From positions 51,028,001 through 51,092,000 of the forward strand of contig NW_024704743.1 in NCBI RefSeq assembly GCF_018977255.1: a DNA stretch of 64,000 nucleotides, given 5' to 3'. The position numbers were made by a program, and so were the translations under genes. The notes beneath the pieces were generated by a model. That model had not been told where the DNA came from. It ran no database searches and worked only from the letters and a program-made list of their open reading frames with translations. Shown piece after piece: positions 51,960-64,000 of this stretch (the stretch's first letter is position 1; each line of letters opens with the position of its first letter). The DNA comes from Callorhinchus milii. Lineage: Eukaryota.

Positions 51960-52200
51960 TAATAGCTGGTAGTCAATGACAGCGTGATTAGACAGATAAC
52001 ACTTCTCATTTGATCATTGAGCCTTCTAATTACCTGCAAATTAATGGGCTGGGCTACTGATTTACATGTCAACTAGCCACGTTTCCTATCAACCTGATTA
52101 GAGTAAAGAAAGAATCCTTGGTCTGATTATAAAGCATTGAAATGGTCGCCCTGGGGCTCTACTACTAATTCCAATTATCACCAGATTACAGAGATAATGG
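51960..52200. promoter_or_regulatory. Candidate conserved non-coding element / enhancer
   Basis: TGACAG at 51977, TGATTTAC at 52058 next to TGTCA at 52067, many TAAT/ATTA cores; TE-free. Confidence 0.3.
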
Positions 52201-52733
52201 GAGCTCCTGCTGTTAGGTATCTAATAGTTTTTTTTGACCATTTTACAGCTTGCTTTCAAAATAGGTACTTGCAGCTTTCATCAAGAAATGAATGCAAGCA
52301 GATATCCTCAGCCAGGCCCTCTCCACCCAGTTCAGCAATAACATTTGCTTGAACAGATTTGTACAGCACAAGGATGGGTTCAGAGAAATGCAACATTTCA
52401 TTATGTTAATTAACTGTTCATTCTCAGTTCAAACAATGCACTTAAATTTTATTGGGCACTGGCCTGACTTGTGTAGGAACGCTCCTGTGACCAGCTGTGA
52501 AGATTAGACTTCTCTGGTTTGTGCAAATGCTCCTAATGAAGTTCAAAGGTAATGGCTTATGTGAAAACAATGGGTTTAATATGCAACGATACATAACAGG
52601 AGCTGCCAATAACAACACCTGCCAGTAATTCCCGGTATCCTAGCCAACAATCCCAGAATAAAATTGATCATTTACCTATGGCTCTTTGTGGGATATTGCA
52701 GTTTGAATTGCTGGTGTGTTCACCCACAAATAA

Positions 52734-53108
52734 TCCTGTTGCTCAGTGGTTATAGCACTCCCCTCATAAGTGAGAGACGTGGATTTGATTCCCAGCAGGG
52801 CGAAACGTTGGGCAATGTTCCTTACTCCACACGCCTCTGTTTACCTAGCAGTAAGTAGGAACCCAGTTGTTAGTCGATTGACGGATCGCTTTTCTGGGGG
52901 TAATAATTCTTTATTAATTCCTCCAAAAAAAATAATAAGTTGGTCACTCAATCCATGACTGTTTGTGGGATACTACTGTGCGCAATTGGCTGTGTATTTC
53001 AACCACAAAATATACAGTCAATTTATTTTACAGTATATTCGGTAAAGCGCTTTGAGATGTCTCGAAGATGTGATAAGGTGCTATATCAAATGCAAGGATT
53101 ATTATTAT
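52734..53108 (+). mobile_element. Full-length tRNA-headed SINE, abutting an older SINE fragment (52630-52733)
   Basis: gctcagtggttatagcactc...gatttgattccc...gctatatcaaatgcaagg(att)n. Confidence 0.92.
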
Positions 53109-53129
53109 GAAGTGCTTTGTGACATCTTG

Positions 53130-53900
53130 ACAACAACAAAATTACATTTATACAGCACCTTTCAAGTCGGAAATATGTCCCAAGGTGCTGGACAGTCAGT
53201 GTTTTGGAGCCGAGCTGGGGTTTGGGATTGGGGAAGGTGGAGGGCAAGAGTGGGAAGGAGGTTGATCGAAAGCACAATCGAACAGGAGGGTCTTGAGATG
53301 GGTCTTGAAGGAGGCAAGCGAGGGGACGAGGCGGAAGGATTGTGGGATAGAGTTCCAGAGGGTAGGGGTAGAGTGGCAGAAGGCCTGCCCGCCAATGGTG
53401 GGGTCGGTGAGTTGGGGAACATGAAGCCTGCTGAGTGGAGGGAGTGGACAGGATGGTAGGTGTTTAGGACGTCGCAGAGGTGGGGGGGAGCCAGGCCATG
53501 GAGGGCTTTGAAGGTGAGAACCAGGATCTTGAACTGTATCTTCTGAGTGATAGAAAGCCAGTAGAGTCGGGTGAGGATGGGGGTGATAAGCCACGGAGTC
53601 TGTTGCAGGAGAGGACATGGGCTGCAGAGTTCTGAATGATCAGCAGCCTCTGGAGGGAGGAGTTGGGGAGCTGACAAGCAAGGAGTTTACATAATCAGCC
53701 TTAATGTTATGAATGCGTGTATGAGGGTTTCGGCAGCCTGCGGTGTGAGACAGTGGCAAAGCCAGGCAATGTTGCGGAGGTGAGGGAAGGCAGAACGGGT
53801 CATGGCATGGATGTGAGGTAGAAAGGATAGTTGAGGGTCAAACAAGACACCAAGGTTCTGGACCGGCTTAGTAAGGTGGAGTGTGCATCCATGGGTGGAT
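53130..53900 (-). mobile_element. 5'-truncated L2 LINE
   Basis: ITPILTRLYWLSITQKIQFKILVLTFKALHGLAPPHL; LWNSIPQS...FKTHLKTLLF. Confidence 0.95.
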
Positions 53901-55267
53901 TGGATAAGAGCAATATCAAAACAAGGAATATTATTATATAAATAACCAACCTGCAGGAACTCAGAGGGAGACTAGATTGGAGAGAAATTTATGTGCATGA
54001 CAGGTTTCCAGATTTTAGACACTAATATGTATTTTTTTCAGCTTTTGGCAAATTTACTTTGATTTATCTCAATGATTGCATATATTTGACAACAAAATAC
54101 GCAGTCACTGCACTTCACAATATATCTTGCAGAGTGTTTTGAAACTTCTGTCCGACATGAAAGGCAGGAAAGGATTCTTATTGTGATATTATTATGTGAA
54201 ATAAAGTCACCAGTGCAGTACTGAAATGCTGGAATGAAGTTCAGGCCAGTGACTTTATGTATCATCCCCTACCTCATCTCAAACATATGGACTTGATGTG
54301 AGACATAACTGTGTGATATTATTTTAGCCACAAGCATTTCTAATTCCTTTGGTTTGCACAAGACGAATACATGAAAGCAATGTTAGCTTTGGCATGACAA
54401 TGAATCGACCACAATAGGTTGTGCTCCAGTCTTCTGCATCTGTTATTTTATTTTTTGAAAGCAAACATACAGTATAATGGAGCCTTTATTTGGATGTGGT
54501 AATGGTTTTTATTGTCATGTAAGAACTGAGCAAAGTAGTAAAGGAAATAACAATTGCCAAGGAACAAAGGGCAATTTCTGGAACCAATGTGAAGAGTGCA
54601 TCACTTTACTCAGTTCACTGACCATGTTGCAAGGTGTCGTGGGAACATAAGACGAATGAAATGCATATAAACAACCATGTGGAAGCAATGTGTTCAAGAA
54701 CTACTGCAACATGGCAGGGACATATGTTCTTTATATATACAAATTCAGTATTGGAAATCTCATGCAAGGGAGTCACAGAACAGTTATGAGCTTGTGGCAA
54801 GTTCTGATGGATGGAATAAATCACTAATCAGGTTGGTTGATGCTGGAATTGGGCAAATGGAAAGCTTCAGGAAACAAAAACAACAAGATTACATTTGTCG
54901 GGAGGATATCCAAAGATGGTGGACAGTACACAGCATTTCAGACCCGAATTGAGCCAGTCCTCTGTGGTAGTCTTGGTAGTCCATTTCCTGAGCCAGGTGG
55001 GCCCACAGTATTCCAATGTCCTGCTGATGACAGCACAGCCAGCAGGACCTTGAAGGTCAGATGATACCTGGCTCATCAGCAGGACCTGAAAGGGCAGACC
55101 AGTCACTGAGGGGAGGGGGTCTTCCCACTCAGTTTCTGTTAATCCTGCAAGCCGAAGCCCTAACTTGTTCCAGGCTCTTGGGACGGCTTCTTGATGTAAA
55201 AGGCGCTTTACAAATGAAATGTTGTAATGTATTCTATTGTTCCTAGCTGGACAAGCAGCAGGAAAGC

Positions 55268-55398
55268 TTGCCAGACAGCAATATCAATGGCAACCTATGT
55301 GGTTTTAGCTAGTTAGACTCCAGCCGTACCTGAATACACACTCTGGACTCCAATGGTGATGGGTTTCTGCATGTGTCAGACACCTGGCTGACCCAAAA
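55268..55398 (-). repeat. Unclassified dispersed repeat, copy D (internally deleted)
   Basis: ttgccaga...ttttagctagttagactccagc...acactctgg joined to tggtgatgggtttctgcatgtgtcagacacctggctga. Confidence 0.75.
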
Positions 55399-57261
55399 CA
55401 ATGCAAAAAAATCACCCACCCACTCAGCACCACCATAGTTTCAGCCACTTTTTCCCCTTCGTCTGGAAATTCATCTCCACTTCACCTCTTCCATCTCTGG
55501 TTTCAAATCATACCTGAACACTTAACACTTTGACTGTGCTTTTAGCAATCTCCTGCTTTATAAAATAGTTGAGATGCTCTTCTAACATGAAAGGCTCTAT
55601 ACATCAGTGTAAATTGTTGTTGTAATAAGCTGAGTGCAAGTCTTTAAATTTCATTTCAAGATCCCAGAATGGCTGAATATTGAGAAGGAACAAGCATGTT
55701 GGAACCAATGACTTCTTGCTCTTCTGAGAAATACCCATGTTTTAAAAGAAACAAAAAAGAAGAAAAATATGAAAGCCAGAAAAAATAAAATAATCAAATA
55801 ATTCTTACATTCACCATAAAATGCACAGTCACAGCTTCTGTGAACCATTTTAATATATCCTCCTGAAGTGAAAGGTGCTATATCAAATTTAAGGATTACT
55901 ATTATTGTTTGATATAACACTTCACGTTGGGAGGATAGCTATGGTTACTTATTTCTGGTGTAGTTCTGCATTCACACAAGGCCACTTGAGTCGAGAAGAA
56001 GTCTGTTTTGTTAATAATCTTTCCATTTGATATAGCATCTTTCACTTGAGGAGGACAAATCAAAGTGCTTCACAGGATTCACTATAGTGTAGTGACTAGT
56101 TTGTAGGTCAAAGTAGCAGCCAATTTGCACACAGAAAATTGCATATAATTGACACAGCGTATATGAAAAAAGAAATTCTGCAAAATTGAACATTGCTTTC
56201 TTTTAAAAACAAGTTTTTGCACATATCAATTTTGACAAAATCTGGTTAGATAAAATAGACTGTTAAATGGGCTTTAATACAGAGGAAGAAATGAATCTGT
56301 AGGTTGAGCTGATACATTGCACATCTTTGGAGGTGACATTCCACAGAAATTCACTAACAGGTCTAAACAGCTATTAACGATTGCTTTTGATCGTGAAAGA
56401 AACCTTTCTTAAGAAGCAAGCTCAGAGATAGCATGAAAGGAGAATTTCAGAGCACTGATTAGTCTGCTTAGCAACTTGCTTCCAGATTTGTGCGAACCCC
56501 TGCTTGTTTAGCCCCTTCAGTGAATGAAGTGTTTCCCTTCACATTTAATTGATCAAGTTAATGTAAACCCTCTCCCCTTTGAGTGTCTGTGTGGCCCCAA
56601 TAATAGTGACATTGTGCCCTCTGCACTAATCTGTGTTTCCCCCATTCATAAGTATGTCACAGTGTGCATTTAAAGCACGATCTTGTGAAAGCTCTAAATT
56701 AGTTCATTAATGATTTGTAAACAGAACCCTGAATGCAGAAACCACCTGATTTGATAAAAAATACCAGAGGTGGCAAAATCTTAAGAACCAGGAAACTCTT
56801 CATGCTGGGGTCAGAGTGGAGTCTAATTTGTGATATTCTTAAAAAGGGGTGGGACACCTTAATCTGAGTCCCATCGGTCAACTGAGAGGTCAGATTGAAG
56901 TGGGTGAGTGTCAAAAGCTGACAAAGCACAGAGAAATAGGATGGCAGAGTGAAACTCCAAATTTTCTTTTGGACTTTGGGGTTTATGGAAATCGGTAACC
57001 GCAATCTCATTTCTGAGACTAACAGAGGAGACTCAGTTTAGCGCTTCCCAGGGCACTTGTGAATATCACGAAAAAGAACTCAATGTGTCCAGGAAGATGC
57101 AAAGAGCAGTGCCCAAATAGAAATGATGAGTGTGAATGGGTGAGATTCGTAGTGCTGCGGCTTTTACATTTCAAAACTGTCTGAACCTTTCCAGCTTTGG
57201 TTCTGGTCATGCATTGAGCCAGCAAATGGTATCTCTGATACCTTAGTGTAGCTTTAAAGCA

Positions 57262-57540
57262 TTGTTACGATCTGGAATGCACTGCCTGAAAGTGGTGGAA
57301 GCAGATTCATACTAACTTTCAAAAGGGAATTGGATATATACTTGAAAATAAAACAATTGCAAGGCTATGGGGAAAGATCAAGGGAATGAGACTAATTGGA
57401 TAGTTCTTTCAACAACAACTTACATTTCTATAGCACCTTTCACACCAAATGATGTCTCAGAGTGCTTTCAAAGAGCCGGCACAGGTATGATGAGTCGAAC
57501 AACCTCTTTCTGTCCTGTAGGATGCAATGATTCTATGAAT
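57262..57540 (+). mobile_element. CR1 3' fragment with nested L2 tail (57411-57465, minus strand)
   Basis: atctggaatgcactgcctgaa (IWNALPE)...ttcaaaagggaattggatatatac (FKRELDIY)...atgattctatga. Confidence 0.82.
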
Positions 57541-58249
57541 TGTTATGTAGTCAGACATTGCTGGTAATCTTTGCAGCAGAAACGTCTCATAAACACAAAC
57601 AAGATAAAGGGCTATTTAATCTAATATTTACTAGGCACCTGACAGAACTCCCTGCTCTTCTTTGAAACAATGCCACAGATCTTTTCAAACCGACCTGAAC
57701 CACCAAAGCAGATTGATGAGAGCTCATTTAATTCACAAGAAATTTTCAAATATTTAGTTGGACTTCCGATAAGCGAAACTAAACAATAATATGATTTAGT
57801 TTTTACTCTCGTTCCCATCTCTCAAACATTCATTGTGATCTAGTTTATCTTCAGCTTGGAGCCATCTTTACTGCAGTTACTGACAGCTCAGGTGCTCAGC
57901 TAGCAACAAGATGCACTTTCAGATATGTTTATGAATTTCTCCTTCTGCCTTTCTTGCTGCCTTCACTTACAGCACTGTTACTGATGGTGGAGCCCACTCT
58001 GGCACTGACCCTGCTGCTTCCTATTCTGCTAAGCCATCGTCTGAAGAAGAGGTTCTCTCATCCCCTCTGGAGGCAAAGAATGGTCATTTGTAGATTCTTA
58101 CCAGCTGGTGTTTATATGCTTTCCACAGACACTGGGAGAAAATCTAACTGTGTGCAATTCTTTTATTTGTTGCTCCTGGCATCTTGGAATCCACCCCACA
58201 TAATCAATTTATTCAGTCTGTTACTGCTTGGTTATTTTCTCCCATCTCT

Positions 58250-58540
58250 AGTCCTGCAGCTTAGTAGTTAGAGCACTCACCTCGCAAGCGAGACCTGGGT
58301 TCAATTCCCGGTAGGGTGAAATATGAGGCAAGTTTCCTTACTCCGTATGCCTCTGTTTACCTAACAATAAGTAGGACCCCAGTTGTTGATCGATTGGCGG
58401 GACACTGCTGTATGCAATTGGCTGCCTCGTTTCGTCCACAAAATATACAGTAAATTCACTTTACATATATTCTGTGAAGCGCTTTGAGTCCTGAAGACAT
58501 AATAAGGCGCTATATCAAATGCAAGGATTATTCTTATTAT
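58250..58540 (+). mobile_element. tRNA-Ala-headed SINE with a different internal deletion
   Basis: agcttagtagttagagcactcacctCGCaagcgag...ggttcaattcc; ttggcgg is joined directly to gacactgctg. Confidence 0.9.
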
Positions 58541-59770
58541 CTTGTAGCATAAGATTGAATGTCCTGAGAGCTGGAGCAGACTCAATTGTCCGAATAACCT
58601 TCTGCACTGTATATATCTATGATTCTGGATGCATTATCACTATTATTTATACTACTTTCCAGTTTTTTCCTTAAGATACTGCCACTCAGATGCTCTATTC
58701 AGTGATGCTGTTGATTGTGGAAGTATTTGCACACGCGTACTGCTTATCTCAAATTTGTTTTGCTTTTGCATTTAAATAGCATCCTTTACGCTGGGCAGTG
58801 TCTCAGATGGCTTAACAGTAATCGAGTCTGCCTCCGAACTGGGGGAGGGATGAGGTAATTTCAAAGAGGAAGGTCTTCAGGCATGATCTTAAAAGGGGGA
58901 AGAAGGCGGCAAGGTGTAGAGATTGAGACAGAGAGCTCCAAAGTTTCAGGGAAAGTTTACCATGTGGTAAACATTACTACTTCCTTCAGACCAGATATTG
59001 GCATGTGCCTCTGCTCTTGAAATTATAGCGAAATAATGTATAAATCAAGTAATTCAGATACCACTATTTGGTATGTTGCAGATCACAAGGGCACAAGATT
59101 AGTTTGAATGAAAATGATCCTTCAGCCCATTTGATGTCATCTATCTGGAATACCCACCCTACAGATTTCCCCATCACAACATCAAGCTTTTCTTAAATGA
59201 GACCAGTGCCCTGGCCTCAACCATGCTTTTTGGTAACCTGCTCCAATCATTAATTACCTCTGAGTAAAGCAAAACTGCCTGGTATCTATCCTGAATTTGC
59301 CCTTTGCTACTGTAAACCTGTATTCGCTTGGTCTACTAGTATGCAATTAATGGAATAGGTTCTCTTTATTGTCAATTCACCAGTACTTTGCTGTTGCCTG
59401 TAACAATTCAATCCTCTCCCCTCTTCCCGTTCATCAGCACTGAGTCAATCCCTCCAGGAATTCTTTAATTCTGACAAACGTCAAACGATAAACCTAGAAG
59501 AGAAAGATCCAGATCCATTCAATCCTGATATCAAAACTGCACACAACAACAAAATTACATTTATAGAGCCTCTTTCACGTCAGGAGGATGTACCAAAGCG
59601 CTGAGATTCCAATATTCCAGCCATAGCCTACCCAATATCTTATATAGATTGATCATTATCTCCTTACTTTTATATTCAATTAACCTAAAACACCAAATGA
59701 TGTTTACTCTTTTAATAGCATACTCTACCTAAAATTCTACTTTTAATGAGCTATTTATATGTTCCCCAAG

Positions 59771-59925
59771 ATAATAATAATCTTGGATATAGATATTGTG
59801 CTTTATCACACTGTTGAAACATTTCAAAGCACTTCATGGGATTTTCACTGTGAAATGTAGTGACCGTGTGTTTGGTGAACACAGCAGCCAATTTGCACAC
59901 AGCAATATCCCACAAACTGCCATGA
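59771..59925 (-). mobile_element. SINE 3' fragment
   Basis: ataataataatctt...caaagcacttca...gcagccaatttgcacacagcaatatcccacaaac. Confidence 0.78.
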
Positions 59926-61641
59926 AGAGCATTCCTCTGTTCCTCCACTGCTTTGAGAATTCTATCACCCAGTATATATTTCTGCTCCCTGAATGTTGTA
60001 ATGAATAGTAAATAATGGAGGTTATTCCTTTCCGATAACTTGGAATGAGAGGAGAATTCTTCCCTCATGTCATGCAAGGTTGACCTTCCAACAGCATTGC
60101 AACTAATGGATCAATCCATAAGAGTAGAGGGATTAACACCAATTAAAGAATAATATTCAGTGTATCTATATTCATGACTGTAACTTTAAATCTTTTAAAT
60201 ACCATAATTTTAAGAAGCAATCCATTATTTCTCTGAATTTTTAATGTTTGCTCTTAATAAATTAGGCTGAGGATTTAATTTAATCGTAGTCACTTGGGTC
60301 ACACAAGCCAATCGCTATTTGCCAACTATGTGGGTGAACAGAGGTATTAATTTCCCACCCTTTGCCATCTATTCTGTGAATGCTGCTTAACAACTGCATA
60401 ACCAGCTGGGCACATCCTGTGAAAACCCATCTTACACTAAGCAGTAACCATCAGATGCATTAATCATTAGATAGTTGCCTTTTCCTAACATATTTGTAGC
60501 ACAAGAAGAGTTCCAGAAAAGACATTTTATTTTCCCACAGATTCTGAAGGAAACATATTTCAGCTAAACAAATTGGGAATGCGTAGGGGAAAAAAATGTG
60601 ATTTGTTTTGTTCCATATAAACATTCGTATCAATTCTCAATTCTCCATATCACAGTCAAGTAATTTTCAAAACATCATTTGTGCCAGTGTAAGCACAAAG
60701 GCACTGCAGCTTTGATTTCAGAAAGGCCTCAACCAAGAGTTTTAAAGAGGCCGACCTTTTATATTTATCGTTTTAAACAGTCGTTGGGGAAAAAAATGCA
60801 TTCACTTATTGAAAAGAAAGAATGAAACATTTGTAATTTTGCAAATGTCAAAGTGCTCCTGCCAACAATTCTCTTCGGTCTGCTTTTTTATTGTATAAAA
60901 CATTGTTAGACTGAGTTAAATGGATTAATTACCTTTCAGCCCAAAGAAATGAGAATCTTGTCTTTATCTCCTCTAATTTCAGTGGATCATTGGGAGCTTT
61001 TGAGATGCACATATCCCTCTAATGACTTAATCACCTCATTAGGTGAGCTACAAAGGGAACTGGCAAAAGAGTAGAGGGTAATTTTCCATCTGATTCCCAT
61101 GTTACTCTAGCAAAGCAAGGATTCAAGCATAGCTGATGTCCTTCTCAAGAGAAGATTCTGCAGATAAAGAGTTAGGATAAAAGAAAAAAGCTCCCAGAGC
61201 ACGAAATCCTGGTGTCTAAGAGGTCATTTTGAAATCCCTACCTTATCAATAAGGTTGATTCAGGCTGGAGGTATAGATTTAAACCACTTAAAAGAATCCC
61301 GGTTTTACCTTTGTGTCTGCTTTAAACATGACAAGTCCATGCCAGTTTTAATTCTGTCAAGTTCCCATGACTGGAGCATAAACATGATGTTTGTTGGTTA
61401 GTTGGCTTGACTCTTTCATGTTTGGTTGTTTTGTCAGTGGGACAAAATGAAAGATTTCAAAATGCAGCTCAGTAACACAGAGCAGGTTGGTAATCACAGA
61501 GATAAATACAACAAGAGACTTTTCAAAGTAATTCCAACAATTTTTATTTTATTATGGTACTGTGCATGATACCCTTTACTAAATTGACTGAAGTTTTTTT
61601 TTAAAAAAGGCTATGTGGCCCCAAACTGATGATTAATAGAA

Positions 61642-61810
61642 ATAATAAAATAACCCTTACATTTGATATAGCATTTCTCATGTTGGGAGGATATCTCAAA
61701 GTGCTTCACAGGATTTACTATAAAGTGTGGTTACTGTATTTTATAGGTGAACAAGGCAGTCAATTTGCATGCAGCAATGTCCCACGAACAGCCATGAAGC
61801 GAATAAATAA
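61642..61810 (-). mobile_element. SINE 3' fragment
   Basis: ccttacatttgatatagc...tctcaaagtgcttcacagg...caatgtcccacgaacagccatgaa. Confidence 0.8.
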
Positions 61811-61836
61811 TTTCCATTCCTTAGTTAGTCTAATAA

Positions 61837-61910
61837 TAATGCTAAACCACATCTAATAATAAATGTATCACATTAATGCAAAACCACATCTAATAATAAA
61901 TGCATCACAT
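61837..61910. repeat. 37-bp tandem duplication (2 copies, 2 mismatches)
   Basis: taatgc(t/a)aaaccacatctaataataaatg(t/c)atcacat twice. Confidence 0.9.
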
Positions 61911-61924
61911 GTATCAGGTAATTA

Positions 61925-62010
61925 GAGTTAGGTCTGAAGATCAACCATGATCTTATCGAATGGCGGGGCAGGCTCGAGGGGCCGAATGGCCGAATTCTTA
62001 TGTTCTTATT
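61925..62010 (+). mobile_element. CR1 3' terminal fragment
   Basis: gaagatcaaccatgatcttatcgaatggcggggcaggctcgaggggccgaatggcc...cttatgttcttat. Confidence 0.85.
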
Positions 62011-64000
62011 ATTCTGTATATTTCCAAGACTAACAACTATTCATATTCAATGATTTTCCAGTACAAAAGTCTCTTTTTATGTTTAGCATAGATTTTGGCT
62101 AATTCTAATGTAAATATGTGGACACAAACAATATATCACTTTTATTACAGTGGACCATTTCAGTAATAAATTGCCAGTAACTGTTAAAGTATTCCACTAT
62201 TCTTCCATCTTTCTGTTGATGTGTTGAACACTTTCTTTTTTAACTGCAGAATAAACATACTTTCAATATCCAGTGAAATGTGTTTTTTTGGAATTGTTAC
62301 AAAGTAGTGGATTAGACTGATGAATGGCTGGACATGAAGAAGCAGCAATTAAAGATATGGGGTAACTTTTAAGACCTTTAGTTATAAATTATACAAATGT
62401 ACCTTCCAAAGACCTAAAATTATTTTACAACATTGGAGTTGATAAAAGAGCTTGAATGGGAGAACAGAAGTGATCTTACATTGGTGAGGGGCTTTTTCTG
62501 GGGGTGGGGGGTGTTTGTCAGTCAGGTGTCTGACACATACTGAAATGCATCACTATGCTTCAGAATATCCAAATAATAATCCGTACATTAGGTATAGCGC
62601 TTCACAGGATTCAAAGAGACGCTTGTTCCATGGCAGCAGGCTGTATACTCTGCATTTATTTCACATCTCTTCATATTCAATCACACGTTAAATGTTTTAA
62701 CTTGTGCAGTCTCTTGGGGGAGTGAGATTAAAGTCTGCTGGTCGCTAACATTACAGAACTTGGGGGCGTGTGCTTACCAAAGGGAATTCCCAGTATATGT
62801 GCACATCACAAAGGTTGCCTCAGCAACTAGTGAAAGTGTTCTCCTGAAGTCTCTTTGAACATTTGTCCTTTCTCTGCATATTGTCCTACTCTGCTTAGCA
62901 TCGTACGGAAAATTAGATATTTCACTTTTTATAACTTCATCCAGATTGCTTAAAGTGCAGCAGTTCCCCTTGGTGCTCTGATGGTCACAATTGTCCAATT
63001 AAAGCCACTGTAATTGATCAGTAGCATAAGTCTCCTTTTCAGCAGTCAATTTATTGACCTGTTTACAACATCTCTTATCCTAAGAGCTTTTGCTTCACCT
63101 ACAAAGAAGCCTATCAACCCTTCTAGGAGTCGAGACAACTCCCAGCTTTTGCTTTCTTCAGATGTTGCTCATTTGAAATTCACAATTTGCCCTTTGTGAT
63201 TATAAGACAATCTCAACATATAATATTCTCAAACCTGATGTCACCATGGATATTTGCTTGTTTAAACCCCAGCAATGTTTAGGCCTCACTGTGGTCTTTG
63301 ACTTTCCCATTTCTTTACACTCGTTGATCTCCTCTGTACTGCCTCTTGGGAGCCTGGTATCCCCTTATGTTGTTAACGTCGCAGTGGCCAGAGCTGTATG
63401 CATGATTAAAAAGGCTAACGTGTTGAGATGGGGCTCTTCAAGTGGCAGTGAAGAAAATTCTAATAAGGAGACATGCTAGGACATGGTTGAAAGACAACAA
63501 ATCGCAATGAGATTCACTAATAGGGACACACAGTCAGTAACAGGGAATTCTGCTGGCATACAGAAGTATATCAAGGCTAGCTTGTTGGATGCCTGCTCCA
63601 AAGTGATGGAAGGTGATCATAGATTTCTCATGCTTTCGGCCATGAAGTAATATACTGACTATTATTGGCAGAATTCACTGTTCTCCAGTCCGCCTCACTA
63701 TTAGTGAATCCTATTGTGAATCATTGCTTTTGCACCCCAATGCAATTTAATCATTGTAGTAATGGAGGTTCAACAATAAAACTTTAATAAATAGATCACA
63801 CATGACTAAATTACAACTCAAGGCATAATTCACTGACCCCCAAGGCCAATAATCTATTTCAGCAGGTCCTTGCTGTAATACTTACTGGCATACAAAGGCA
63901 ACTGATGCACATTGCTTATGACTGGCTTCTTAGTAACAATGTGAAACAAGTCCAGAGAATACATTTCTCATCAGCTCACATTCTGCAAGACTCCTATAGA

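Noticed and set aside
21674..53900. Similar lengths (550-820 bp) of L2 copies suggesting a defined non-autonomous element
   Set aside because: The 5' breakpoints differ between copies and fall within ordinary ORF2 sequence; ordinary 5' truncation explains them
4001..61680. Many recurrences of aataatccttgcatttgatatagc resembling a direct-repeat array
   Set aside because: Dispersed, in both orientations and irregularly spaced; these are SINE 3' tails, not CRISPR

Overview
AT-rich eukaryotic genomic DNA with no prokaryote-style genes, operons, rRNA or CRISPR. The repeat content points to a cartilaginous fish, possibly a chimaera (inference). It comprises many 5'-truncated L2 LINEs ending in (TTG)n, CR1 LINE fragments, old SacSINE1/Deu-domain-like SINEs, a younger tRNA-Ala-headed SINE with an L2-like (TTA)n tail, and Penelope-like terminal-repeat relics. 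Most long ORFs in the supplied track are sense or antisense frames of L2/CR1 remnants. Between the repeats are TE-poor stretches with homeodomain, PBX-HOX/MEIS, Sox and TCF motifs, resembling developmental enhancers; I cannot verify their conservation. Several minus-strand exon candidates are also present. Four of them (14633 to 11441) chain in phase into a peptide I do not recognise. I found no convincing new biological system. The best leads are the candidate spliced gene, an unclassified ~290-bp repeat family forming an inverted pair, a decayed hammerhead ribozyme, a templated hairpin at a SINE junction and SINE subfamily structure. TE boundaries are approximate, read by eye.
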